64,000 bases of DNA, taken from Prevotella sp. UBA5379. Its GTDB lineage: Bacteria; Bacteroidota; Bacteroidia; Bacteroidales; Bacteroidaceae. Position numbers and translations under genes: made by a program. The stretch covers positions 39,593-103,592 of the forward strand of contig DHOX01000092.1 of the NCBI GenBank assembly GCA_002409785.1, in the 5' to 3' direction. This document shows positions 51,601 through 62,414 of the stretch, in pieces (position 1 is the stretch's first letter; the number at the start of each line of letters is the position of its first letter). The notes under the pieces were generated by a model. The model ran no database searches. It was not told the DNA's origin and saw only the letters and a program-made list of their open reading frames with translations.

Positions 51601-51692
51601 CGTTTATTAGGAAAGACAACAGTGATATGACTGAGTTGATCCTCATATTTGCGGATAATATCCTGAGCTACATAATGGAGAAAAGTTTGCAT
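48684..51692 (-). CDS. AddB-like PD-(D/E)XK nuclease subunit
   Basis: VVFPNKRA; LSPTALNTYIRCPLQFYY; GNIDRLD...IDYKTG; C-terminal CDHCPYSRLC (Fe-S staple cysteines). Confidence 0.82.
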   Translation of the reverse strand: MQTFLHYVAQDIIRKYEDQLSHITVVFPNKRASLFLNQELAVQVDHPLWSPTCITISDLFRKHSQRTVGDPIKLVSELYKVYHKVTGEQESLDKFYGWGQLLITDFDDIDKNMADADQIFTNLKDIHELDDVSYLSDEQKKILKQFFSNFSEDQESVLKKRFITLWSHFADIYHQFNQSLKDQKLAYEGALYREVATDPDLKWKHSKYLFVGFNMMQKVELALCDRLKKDNKAKFYWDFDDYYMPKKDQDHEAGHYIAQYLKNYPNELDNENDEIYKNMVTPKSVTFISASTENLQARYVSDWLKENHRIEAGRRTAIVMADESLLPTIIHSLPPEVTKVNVTTGYPLSQSPVSTLVTLLVDLHTHSYREDIRKFLFRGVNKILQHPYSKFISGHIKELRDFLNNHKRFYLSADKLKTECPSTGNDKGLDLLLQTPSHSLSGLSHWLLEILQTIGINYHDATKGEGKEEQVKSDPLFQESLFRMYTLINRLCNLIDQEDLNIDIHTYQRLMTQLINSTTIPFHGEPAVGIQIMGILETRNLDFDHVLLLSCNEGNIPKGVNDTSFIPYSIRKAYGLTTVDHKVAIYSYYFYRLLQRAKDVTLVYDNATNNGQTGEMSRFMLQLMVESPQSIRTENLTAGQKPVIRTRSSIEKDEQVMQAIRQMHRLSPTALNTYIRCPLQFYYKYIAKIKEPDEIDEDRVDNRTFGNIFHLACQLFYLHLAAPGDTRTEKTPQGEQTTDIIRPIMIREDELKNALRNPAIIEQCVDNAFRQDLFKVGPHTPVKYNGLQIINRQVVIDYIRKLLEIDLKSTPFQILGLEKRVEASISFPTRQERRTMTIFGNIDRLDQVNIPAEGPTLRVIDYKTGNNNKMAVRDLGDIFSGKKLANHTDYYLQAMLYAGIVRNERNDEGEKRYDVNDLPVSPSLLFIQHSGEEIVPLRIGKEPITDIKKYENEKGDKNTDNFEENIRGILSDIFNPEIALTATEDAKQCDHCPYSRLCCGKR

Positions 51693-51746
51693 GTCTGATG
51701 ATTTTAATTTTAAAGAAATGAAAGGACGCTAAATGAAAGGTGATGG

Positions 51747-54700
51747 TCAGGGCTGGGCCTCTTCTTTGGAATCATGATCATCATCAGGTCTGACTTGGGT
51801 CACCTGATTCGGGTATACATACCATAAGTATCCCGAGACTTCAGGGTAGTGCATCCGTCTCAGGAGAGTCATATAATCCCTGACTTGCTCTTCATATTCT
51901 TTGTGGGGCTTTCCGAACTTGAAATCGACCACGATCATTTCCTTCCCATCTGTCATGACACGGTCTGGTCGTTTCTCAATGACTTCGTTTGTAACCGGGT
52001 CAGTATAGAGAATAGTACACTCATTAAACAATTCCCAATGGCTTGAAAACCAGTTTTTTACCTTCGGTGACTGAAGCCTTTGTTTCATTTCTTTTCTCAA
52101 TTTTTCCTTACTTAGATAACCCGTGTCAAGTACACCTTCCTGTTCAAGTTGGCTGAGTGCCTGATCCACATCGTCAAGGGTATGGATGGAAGAGAAAATG
52201 GCATGAAGTACATTACCGGTCTGGATATAGGTGTTATGGACTTGTGCTTCTTCATCTTCTCCTCCGATAAAATCTTTACTTTTATTACTTTGCCGGAAAT
52301 CAATCCTGTTTTCATAATTGTTAATGGCAATGATTTTTGGTTCAGGTTGCTGGAGAAAAACGTTGCGGGACACAGTTTTTCCTCCTGGTTTTCTATTTAT
52401 ATCAGGGGTGCCATAATCGAAGGCTAATGTCTGGCTGTTGTCATCTTCCTTGTCGTCAATTTTATCCTTGTCGGATATATCGTCCTCTGCCGGTTCGTCC
52501 TGGTTGAAAGTTTTCAAGGTAGCACCTTCCAGTTCCTGGCTCAATTGAGGTAAGACCTTTTCGATTACATCGCTTTCATCGACTGGTTCGGAAGGTTTAC
52601 CGTCATCCGCTTTCATCCGTTGTTTTCCCTTATTCTTATGCTTTCCGAAAATGTACAGGCCTCTTTTAGGACGAGTGAAGGCAACGTAGAGTAGGTTCAT
52701 GTTGTCTACGATATTCTGTGAATGTTCATTATTGTAGAAAGGCTCATAAATGGATCCGCTTATCTGGTTCTTGTACAAGTCTACCGGCACGACAGGCAAT
52801 TTGCTATATGGGGGTTCTGAAGGTGTGCACCATATCGTATATCCCGGCTTTTCAAGTGTCCAGTCACAGAAGGGGATGATGACATGGTCAAATTCCAGAC
52901 CTTTGCTCTTATGAATAGTCAGAAGTCGGATGCCGTCTGTCTCATCACTTTGGATAGACCGGAGATGAAGGTCCTCATCCCATACTTTCAGAAAATCATT
53001 GATGTCTGGGACATGGTCTTGCAGGTACTCGCTGACCTGGTCATAGAAAGCACAGACGTATGCGCTTTGTTCTTCCATTACTGCAAGGTCGAAAATGGAA
53101 TAGAGTTGTTCTATGAGATCCATCAGAGGTTGTCCTTCCAGTTCGTCGAGATGGTTGACATAATCGTCAGGCAATTGAGTTTTCAATTGTTCCTCCAGCG
53201 TATTTCCGGAACAAAGGAATATCTTACTGTCTGCTTTCAAGGGATTTTTGATTCCTGTCTGATAAGCTTTTGTCAGATTGGCTAAAGTGAGCAGGTCATC
53301 CCGGTGTGTGATAAAACGCAAGGCGTCCACCAGGATGTTCACAGCCTGAGAGGCATCCAGGCGGAATGCCAGATCGCTGACCAGAGTCACGTCAGGGAGT
53401 TTTTCCATGAAATAAGCACCGATTTCCTGGATGGTCGGATTTTTCCTCACCAGGATGGCAATGTCACTCGGCCGGCATCCCTGATCAAGTAGTGTCCGGA
53501 CAGTTTCGACAGTCTTTTGCAGCATCTTGTCGTGGTACGAGTTGTTGTCGGGGAGCAGTTCAACATGCACGTAACCTTGATTCTCCTTCCCTTCTGGAAC
53601 TTTCTGACAGAGATTCTCCTGGGAATAGGCTTGTTGCAATTCTTCCGTATCCTTTTCCTTTTCGCCGGACCAGGACTGGCTGGCTTTCAAAAAGAAAATA
53701 TTGTTGAAAGCTACGATCCTTTTGTCCGAGCGATAGTTAACATCTAATATTTTCTTGTTCACCTGATCAGATGAGAACTCTTTAGTATCTATATTCTGGA
53801 GAAGTCTCCAGTCTCCTCCCCGCCACCGGTAAATGCTTTGCTTAATATCCCCGACAATGAGATTCTGGGCAAGATGTTCAGAGGGTGGTTGTCCATGGGA
53901 CATGGTCTCCTGAAGGAGAACTTTAAAATTGTACCATTGAATCCTGCTCGTATCCTGAAATTCATCCATCATGATATGTTCCAAATGAGCTCCGATTTTC
54001 TCGAAGATGAAAGGTGAGTCATTGTCACAAACCAGGGAATGGAGTAGGTTTTGCGTATCACTGAGTAGAAAACGGTTTGCCTCCTGGTTACTGATCCGCA
54101 CTTTCTCTCCGATTTTCCCCAGTAATCTTAAGTTGTCAAGATGTCGTAAGGTGAGGTCTGCTGATTTGTAGGCCTTGACGAGATCTGGGCGGGCCGTTTC
54201 GGTCTGTCTGAGCAGAGTCCACAAATGATCCTGGACCAACTGGTAGATGCCGCTTCCGGGAGTTGCCCTCTTCTTTGTAACCCAGTTCTTGGGATCTTCC
54301 AGGCAACTGCAGACGGTCTTGTTTACTAATTTTGACTCATCGGTGAATTCCCCCCTTTCAAGTTTGGCAAAATAGCTCCAGATGCCTTTTTCTCCTCTGT
54401 TGAGGTCAGAGGCAGAGAAACCGTTACGATCCATTTCTTCAAAGAAATGATCGGCATATTTTTTGATATTCTCCTTTGCTTTCTGCCGGATAGCACGGAG
54501 CTCTTTTGAATAGTCCGGGAAGAAAGTACTTTCTGGAGACATGAGGGGCTGCAGATCATAGGAATGTTCTTTATAGGCATCTTCGAAGATATTCTTTCCA
54601 AAGTTCTTGATCTGTCCCATGATGTTCCATCCTTTGTCATCATCCATTTTTTCATGGATGTAGTCCATGATCCATGACAGGACAGGACTTTTCTCATCCA

Positions 54701-55166
54701 ATTGCTCAATGAGATCATCCACAGCCTGTTCCATTACTTCCTCATCATTCAGGCTTATGTTCAGACTGGCTGTCAGGTCAAGTTCACGGGCGAGGTTTCT
54801 TAATACCGTCTGAAAGAAAGCATCAATTGTCTCAATTCGAAAATCATTAAAATGGTGGAGGAGGAGGCTGAGGCACCCTCCTGCACGTTGTCTGATCAGT
54901 CTTTCTCCTAATCCCGTGTTTTGCTGTACTTCTTTTAGGTATTCTTCCGAATCGTTTAGGTGATGAGAAATACCATAAAGTTGGGACAGGATGCGCATCT
55001 TCATCTCTTCAGTGGCTTTATTGGTAAAAGTTACGGCCAGTATTCCCCGGTAGGATTGTGGATTGAGTATGAGCAATGAGATATATTGTGTAGCAAGTTT
55101 AAAGGTCTTTCCAGCCCCGGCACTTGCTCTGTAAACGGTCAGAGGTTTCATCATTTCTGTTTTCAT
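51747..55166 (-). CDS. AddA-like UvrD helicase-nuclease
   Basis: ASAGAGKT, VTFTNKAT, DEFQDTS, VGDIKQSIYRWRG, TIHKSKGLE, LLYVAFTR; C-terminal RPDR...VVDFKFG nuclease motif. Confidence 0.88.
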   Translation of the reverse strand: MKTEMMKPLTVYRASAGAGKTFKLATQYISLLILNPQSYRGILAVTFTNKATEEMKMRILSQLYGISHHLNDSEEYLKEVQQNTGLGERLIRQRAGGCLSLLLHHFNDFRIETIDAFFQTVLRNLARELDLTASLNISLNDEEVMEQAVDDLIEQLDEKSPVLSWIMDYIHEKMDDDKGWNIMGQIKNFGKNIFEDAYKEHSYDLQPLMSPESTFFPDYSKELRAIRQKAKENIKKYADHFFEEMDRNGFSASDLNRGEKGIWSYFAKLERGEFTDESKLVNKTVCSCLEDPKNWVTKKRATPGSGIYQLVQDHLWTLLRQTETARPDLVKAYKSADLTLRHLDNLRLLGKIGEKVRISNQEANRFLLSDTQNLLHSLVCDNDSPFIFEKIGAHLEHIMMDEFQDTSRIQWYNFKVLLQETMSHGQPPSEHLAQNLIVGDIKQSIYRWRGGDWRLLQNIDTKEFSSDQVNKKILDVNYRSDKRIVAFNNIFFLKASQSWSGEKEKDTEELQQAYSQENLCQKVPEGKENQGYVHVELLPDNNSYHDKMLQKTVETVRTLLDQGCRPSDIAILVRKNPTIQEIGAYFMEKLPDVTLVSDLAFRLDASQAVNILVDALRFITHRDDLLTLANLTKAYQTGIKNPLKADSKIFLCSGNTLEEQLKTQLPDDYVNHLDELEGQPLMDLIEQLYSIFDLAVMEEQSAYVCAFYDQVSEYLQDHVPDINDFLKVWDEDLHLRSIQSDETDGIRLLTIHKSKGLEFDHVIIPFCDWTLEKPGYTIWCTPSEPPYSKLPVVPVDLYKNQISGSIYEPFYNNEHSQNIVDNMNLLYVAFTRPKRGLYIFGKHKNKGKQRMKADDGKPSEPVDESDVIEKVLPQLSQELEGATLKTFNQDEPAEDDISDKDKIDDKEDDNSQTLAFDYGTPDINRKPGGKTVSRNVFLQQPEPKIIAINNYENRIDFRQSNKSKDFIGGEDEEAQVHNTYIQTGNVLHAIFSSIHTLDDVDQALSQLEQEGVLDTGYLSKEKLRKEMKQRLQSPKVKNWFSSHWELFNECTILYTDPVTNEVIEKRPDRVMTDGKEMIVVDFKFGKPHKEYEEQVRDYMTLLRRMHYPEVSGYLWYVYPNQVTQVRPDDDHDSKEEAQP

Positions 55167-55237
55167 TATGCTAATCGTTAATCAAGTATGATTCTTTGTT
55201 TTCAGCGAGTGGTAGGTGTTTTAGGGAAGAAATGCAA

Positions 55238-57418
55238 TCACCAGTTGTTGAATAATTCAAATCCCCACTTTACACCAAATCCCTCAAAATGATGAGCACT
55301 TCTTCCACAGAAAATTCCCATAGAGAACAAACGGTTTGTAAATCCGTATCCGATTTCTACGTAAGGAGTTAACTTTCGTATGGAAAGTGCACTGATATAG
55401 ATTCGTTCCTTTTCCACAACTTGTCCGACGAGGGGTATCCAGGATAGGAGCAGCATCGGCGACTCGTAGGTTGCATTTGCACGGACATAAAATTTGGAAG
55501 CGTTGTACCAGTTGGAGTTCAGCAGTTCAAATTCTCCGCTCCATTCATCATTCCATCCTCCGGGAATATAATTTTCCCTGAAGTTGTTATAATCCAGGAA
55601 GTACCCATCCTTGCTTTTGTCCGTATATAAGCCCAGTCCTGCTCGCAAAGAAAGGGAACGCATACAAGGCATACGATGGATTTCCTGTCCGTCCAGTTCC
55701 CATTTCTCATAATTGATCTTACCCCCCATGAAGCCTTTAATACCTCGTTCATAACTGGCATTGATAATAGGACCATTTATTTCGGATGGGGTATACTGTA
55801 ATTGTATAAAGGGTGCAGATGAACTGTAACTCGTTGGCTTTCCCGCTTGTATGAATCCTGCCTTTTTCACAGCAGAACGGCGGTGCCAGACAAGACCGCA
55901 TTGTCCGTCAAGATGGTTCTTGATGATTTGATAGTTCGTACTTATTTTTACACCCAGGTCGTTGAAATAGTCCAGATGCAGTTTGTTCCAATCTATAGAG
56001 TCTGTTTTTTGGTCTTTGATCTCATTCAGAATGTTTGAATTTGTGATCCGGTTACCATTGAAGTATTCAATTTTTACCCATCCGTTTTTCTTCTGATTAT
56101 AGGTAAATGTGACGGGAATATTATAGAGCAGTCTTTTCCATTTAAAAGAGTATCCCATTTTAATGCGAGTAGAGATACTCTGATTAGGGGTAAAGTTGTA
56201 ATAGCCTTTTACATCGAAACGGTAGATAATCCCTTTATTCCGGGTATAGCCAAAGTAGAGAGGGTTGAAGATCGGATCAATTTTAATATGCCCCTGTTTT
56301 TTATCCCCGATGTCAGCATTGATATTGTTCAATAGATTGTTTCCGATGAGATCCCAGAAGATATATTTGCTGAAGTCTTTATCATTTGAGGACTTAATGA
56401 TGAAAGCATTTTCTTTGGTGCCACTGCTTTGCTGGTTATTCCCAGTTCTTCTTGAGTTTTCTGAAGTTGTATCAGCAGGGACACTCTGGGTACTGGCAGG
56501 ACCGGCTCTACTTGTCTTTGATTTTTCCATCGAATCATTTACGGCAATGATCTTTTCTTCTTCTTCAGTTAGTGGAATGGGACGTATACTATCCAGGAGC
56601 CTTCGACTGTCAGAAAGATGAAAAGTATCTGGGAGAATTGGATGTAGATCGTAGACAGAGGTGATCCAGGAATGGAAGCAGTTGCCTAAAGTGCAGATTT
56701 TAGCAATGATGTCACAACGTTTAGGCAATAGTGACTTGATGCCTGCCTTTCCCATCTCGCCTTGCAGCACGAAATGAATCATATCATATTCACCTTCGAA
56801 GAAGAAGCGGTCTACTTTTCCTGTATGATCGTCTACGATTACCCATCCCTTAACTAACTGGGTGTTTTTGATTTTAGGTCTGATAAAAAAACGAGTTTGA
56901 CGGATTCCATATTTAATGGACTGATAATGATAAAACCGTTTGTTGTTTCTCACCAGTGGAGAGAGAATGATACCTTTAAACAAAGTGACGTCATAAAGGC
57001 TCGGCTGAAGGTATTCGAAAAGCACAGGCAGTAATTTGTGAGAATGATAGACCGTTGAATACATCAGGAGTGTTTTTGTCTTTGTCATTTCATCCCCGCC
57101 CTTGTAATAGATGATGTCTGAAAAACTTTCATTCAGGAAATCGCGCCTGCTATCCCTCGCTACATCATACATGGTGGGGATAGCCAAAAGTAAAGGATTC
57201 TTCCTGTCAATATGAGTTCGATATTTCAAATATACATTGGAAAGAAGAGAATCTGGCAGTTCATTTCCCGTCAGCTTGTGAGCATAGGTGAAGACTTGCT
57301 GAAGAAGCCTTGTGTCAACTTGCTTTTTCCCGAATGATTCTATATCATCTATCATGAAAAATGACAAAATCAGGAATCCTATTATGAATATCCTTTTTTT
57401 CTTCACAGTTAAAGTCAA
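55238..57418 (-). CDS. putative outer-membrane beta-barrel protein (DUF5686-like); start uncertain
   Basis: N-terminal basic plus hydrophobic signal; amphipathic beta-strands; PYVEIGYG and a C-terminal GVKWGFELF motif. Confidence 0.6.
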   Translation of the reverse strand: MTLTVKKKRIFIIGFLILSFFMIDDIESFGKKQVDTRLLQQVFTYAHKLTGNELPDSLLSNVYLKYRTHIDRKNPLLLAIPTMYDVARDSRRDFLNESFSDIIYYKGGDEMTKTKTLLMYSTVYHSHKLLPVLFEYLQPSLYDVTLFKGIILSPLVRNNKRFYHYQSIKYGIRQTRFFIRPKIKNTQLVKGWVIVDDHTGKVDRFFFEGEYDMIHFVLQGEMGKAGIKSLLPKRCDIIAKICTLGNCFHSWITSVYDLHPILPDTFHLSDSRRLLDSIRPIPLTEEEEKIIAVNDSMEKSKTSRAGPASTQSVPADTTSENSRRTGNNQQSSGTKENAFIIKSSNDKDFSKYIFWDLIGNNLLNNINADIGDKKQGHIKIDPIFNPLYFGYTRNKGIIYRFDVKGYYNFTPNQSISTRIKMGYSFKWKRLLYNIPVTFTYNQKKNGWVKIEYFNGNRITNSNILNEIKDQKTDSIDWNKLHLDYFNDLGVKISTNYQIIKNHLDGQCGLVWHRRSAVKKAGFIQAGKPTSYSSSAPFIQLQYTPSEINGPIINASYERGIKGFMGGKINYEKWELDGQEIHRMPCMRSLSLRAGLGLYTDKSKDGYFLDYNNFRENYIPGGWNDEWSGEFELLNSNWYNASKFYVRANATYESPMLLLSWIPLVGQVVEKERIYISALSIRKLTPYVEIGYGFTNRLFSMGIFCGRSAHHFEGFGVKWGFELFNNW

Positions 57419-57461
57419 AATAGAAAACAGTAGAGATATTGCTTTTTAAAAAGACCAGTCT

Positions 57462-58433
57462 CTATCGGGGCAGTAATAGTAGCAATTTACGGCCGGCTTT
57501 CGTATTGATCGCTTTGCGGAAAAGACAATATTTATAGGAATAGTTTTTATCAGGTAAAGGGAATAGTCCTCTTTTGCGAAGCCATTCTATGGCATTGTTC
57601 AGATGTCTGGAACTTCGTGTGACCTGAATCGTCTGGTACAGATAATCCATGGATAGTTGTGCTACTCTGCGATGTAAAGCTACCCGGTCAGCCTCCGGAA
57701 GTTGATCAGACAGATCCTGCAGATGCGCTATTACTCTTTCTATGTCTGTAAGACGAGTGAGATGGTATCGCTTATTCTGCTCATATGCAGCCCCATCCCT
57801 TTGCTGCCGGTTGAAACAAGCTTCCGCATCCGTATAGTAAATCCGCTCTCCTCGAAGGCATAATTGAGGGGTGAAATCTTCGTCTTCATGCAGGATTTTT
57901 GTGGAGAAACGTAGGCTGCCTAATATCTGTTGCTTGAAAATGTATCCACATACAGATGCCTTCAGGGGGTGATCATGCAGATAGGAACTGCCCGTAACAG
58001 GACCTATGAACGTAAAGGATGTTCCAGGTTTTTTTTTCTCTGTTTCTTGAAAGAAAACCAGATCCGGATTATGAAACCTGACAATGTCAAGGCAATGCTC
58101 GTAAGGGGCCGTTATCAGATAACTGCTCCCGTTCAGAAACTGAATATAGTTTCCTGTAGCCAGTTGGATGCCGATGTTTCGCGCCTGTGAAAGTCCCATG
58201 TTCTTTTTTCTGACATAGATGGTATTCTCGTCCACATCGAATAATTCTCTTGAGGGAGATCGTTTTGAACCATTGTCAATGAGTATGATTTCCCGTTCAT
58301 TAGGATTTAGAGACAAGGTGCTGATCTGTTGCAGACATTCCTTGAGCATTTCATCGGGGACATCATGCGTCGTAATGATAAAACTTACGAGCGGCGGTAC
58401 ACTGTCTGGTGTATTAATCGACTTAACTGGCAT
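57462..58433 (-). CDS. glycosyltransferase family 2-like protein with degenerate DXD motif
   Basis: LVSFIIT, IILIDNGS, GLSQARNIGI and HEDEDF motifs, but YIQFLNGSSYL where DxDD is expected. Confidence 0.75.
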   Translation of the reverse strand: MPVKSINTPDSVPPLVSFIITTHDVPDEMLKECLQQISTLSLNPNEREIILIDNGSKRSPSRELFDVDENTIYVRKKNMGLSQARNIGIQLATGNYIQFLNGSSYLITAPYEHCLDIVRFHNPDLVFFQETEKKKPGTSFTFIGPVTGSSYLHDHPLKASVCGYIFKQQILGSLRFSTKILHEDEDFTPQLCLRGERIYYTDAEACFNRQQRDGAAYEQNKRYHLTRLTDIERVIAHLQDLSDQLPEADRVALHRRVAQLSMDYLYQTIQVTRSSRHLNNAIEWLRKRGLFPLPDKNYSYKYCLFRKAINTKAGRKLLLLLPR

Positions 58434-59033
58434 AGTTCTTCTCTTCCTAAAGGGTTCAACATCTTATTTCTCACAGAACTCTCAATCATTTTCCATTGTG
58501 GAGTGTAGTGTTACTGAGATACATCCAAAAACTTGTGAAAATACAAGTTCGAATCGCAATGGTTTCGTTGTACAAAGGTACGTATTTCAATTGGAAAATG
58601 GAAAGATAAATGAGAAAAGTTATGATGATTATCGTTTTTTGTAAAGTTCACCTGTCAATTCTTGGATTTGTCATTTTCGATCTGTCAGTTTAGTGTTAAA
58701 CCGATTTAATTTTTCGTTATGATATTGACCTTTTTCAGATAATTTGTTAACTTTGTGCGAAAATTGTTTAGAAAATGATAGTACCCTGTTAAGGTACACA
58801 ATTGATTATGTTCATACCTGAAGCAAGGTAGGCATGGAGGTGAAAAGAGAATGGTCAAGTCTGTATTTTAGTGAACTTGTATTTTCTCATGGAAGTGGCA
58901 ACTTTCAGACTGTACCGATGGTCTGTGGGTGCGTAGGGTGTCTGATGTTAAAGGTGTGGAGATAGTATGTAAGAAGAAAATTCCTTTGGGATTTGTAAGG
59001 GCAATTATTTAATATTATATAAGGTTACTCAGT

Positions 59034-60011
59034 ATGGCAAGAATTAAAACGATTGGAGTCTTGACTTCAGGAGGGGATGCTCCGGGGATGAATGCCGCAA
59101 TTCGTGCGGTGACCCGTGCCGGTATTTACAATGGCTTTATGATCAAAGCAATCTACCGTGGATATGATGGGCTGATCAATGATGAAATTAAACCTTTTAC
59201 CACAGAGAATGTCAGTGGTATTATCGGAAGAGGAGGAACCATTCTCAGAACATCGCGATCGAAGGACTTTATGACAGAGGAAGGTCGTCAGAAAGCATAC
59301 GATAATTTAAAAAGCGAAGGAATAGATGCATTGGTGATCATTGGAGGCAACGGGTCTCTGACGGGTGCCATGCATTTTGGTCAGGATTTTGATCTGCCCT
59401 GTATTGGCCTTCCGGGTACGATCGACAATGACTTGTTTGGAACAGATAATACGATCGGCTATGATACTACGCTGAACACGATAGTGGAATGTGTTGACCG
59501 CATCCGTGATACGGCACAGAGCCACGAGCGTATCTTCTTCGTGGAAGTGATGGGTCGTGATGCTGGTTTCCTGGCTCAGAACAGTGCTGTTGCCAGTGGG
59601 GCTGAGGCTGCAATAATCCCTGAAGATTCTACTGACGTCGACCAACTTGCGCAGTTTATGGAGCGTGGTATTCGTAAATCCAAGAAAAGTTGTATCGTCA
59701 TCGTTTCAGAAAGTCCCAAGTGTGGTGCACTTTACTATGCCGACAGGGTACGGAAAGAGTTTCCTCAGTATGATGTCCGCGTATCTATCCTCGGCCATCT
59801 GCAGCGTGGCGGCAGTCCTTCTGCCCGTGATAGGATCCTGGCCAGCCGTACTGGCGTGGGAGCTGTTGAGGCCATTATCCAGGGACAGCGTAACATTATG
59901 GTAGGCGTCCGGAATAATGAAGTTACCTATGTACCTTTGAGTGAGGCCGTCCGAAGTGACAAGCCGTTTGATAAAAATCTTATTAAAGTGCTTGACGAGT
60001 TGAGCATATAG
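59034..60011 (+). CDS. pfkA: ATP-dependent 6-phosphofructokinase
   Basis: [40 protein letters not shown]. Confidence 0.96.
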   Translation: MARIKTIGVLTSGGDAPGMNAAIRAVTRAGIYNGFMIKAIYRGYDGLINDEIKPFTTENVSGIIGRGGTILRTSRSKDFMTEEGRQKAYDNLKSEGIDALVIIGGNGSLTGAMHFGQDFDLPCIGLPGTIDNDLFGTDNTIGYDTTLNTIVECVDRIRDTAQSHERIFFVEVMGRDAGFLAQNSAVASGAEAAIIPEDSTDVDQLAQFMERGIRKSKKSCIVIVSESPKCGALYYADRVRKEFPQYDVRVSILGHLQRGGSPSARDRILASRTGVGAVEAIIQGQRNIMVGVRNNEVTYVPLSEAVRSDKPFDKNLIKVLDELSI

Positions 60012-60162
60012 ACTGTTTGAAAGTTCTAGATTATTCTTATTTTTCGGAACAAAACTCATAATTAGTTTGTGGTTTACGAAAATATTGCGTAGTTTTGTGT
60101 TCGCGTTAACAAAAAGAACAGATCTTTCAGATCCGATTTTTACAGTTTGAATCAGTTAATAA

Positions 60163-61707
<1,545 letters not shown>

Positions 61708-61758
61708 ATTTGGATAAGGATGCCGTAAGGCATCCTGACTTATACTTTATTATCGCGT

Positions 61759-61998
61759 ATGCTGAAATTAAAAATTATATCTCCTGAAAAGGTGGTGTTT
61801 ACTGGTGACGTCAAAAGCGTAAGTGTTCCAGGTGCTGCAGGATCTTTTGAAATATTGACGGATCATGCTCCTATTATTTCTTCCTTAAATGCCGGCCGAG
61901 TGGAATATACTACTCAAGATGGCCTTAAGAAATTGGATATCCAGGATGGTTTTGTAGAGGTACAGAAGAACGTTGTCTCGTTATGCGTCGAAGTATAG
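61759..61998 (+). CDS. atpC: F0F1 ATP synthase subunit epsilon (short, no C-terminal helical domain)
   Basis: IISPE, GSFEILTDHAPIISSL, GFVEV. Confidence 0.9.
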   Translation: MLKLKIISPEKVVFTGDVKSVSVPGAAGSFEILTDHAPIISSLNAGRVEYTTQDGLKKLDIQDGFVEVQKNVVSLCVEV

Positions 61999-62414
61999 AC
62001 CCCCGAACAGACAGGATAGCCAAAAAGTACAAGCAATATTCGCTGTGGATTATTGCTGCATTGATGTTGCTGGCCTTGTTTGTCATGCAGATCATGCGGA
62101 ATACATCCTTTGTAACGGCCTTGGCCGTCACGGTGATCTATTCACTGGTGTGTAATTGGGTTTATGGGGACTGTTGGAAAAAGATAGCGCAGTCCTCTCC
62201 GGTGAATTTGATGCGGTTTTATCTTGCCGGTTCAGTACTGCGATTGCTTTTGGCTTTAACGGTTTTCCTCATCTATCTGGTCGTTGTGCGTGAACGGCAG
62301 GCCGTTATCGGTTTTGCGGTGATCTTTGCTGCATATTATGTTGTTCTTTTGGCCTTCGATTGCATATACTTTGTCCGTGTAGAGAAAAAAAATAATAAAA
62401 CAGAATCAGAATGA
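61983..62414 (+). CDS. four-TM membrane protein in the atp operon (AtpI-like)
   Basis: Four hydrophobic helices with an internal Arg (SVLRLLL); lies between atpC and atpB and overlaps both. Confidence 0.6.
   Translation: MRRSIDPRTDRIAKKYKQYSLWIIAALMLLALFVMQIMRNTSFVTALAVTVIYSLVCNWVYGDCWKKIAQSSPVNLMRFYLAGSVLRLLLALTVFLIYLVVVRERQAVIGFAVIFAAYYVVLLAFDCIYFVRVEKKNNKTESE

Noticed and set aside
48684..55166. Helicase plus nuclease pair as a possible anti-phage defence system
   Set aside because: The motifs (UvrD plus RecB-type nuclease; partner with Fe-S staple cysteines) match the housekeeping AddAB repair complex.
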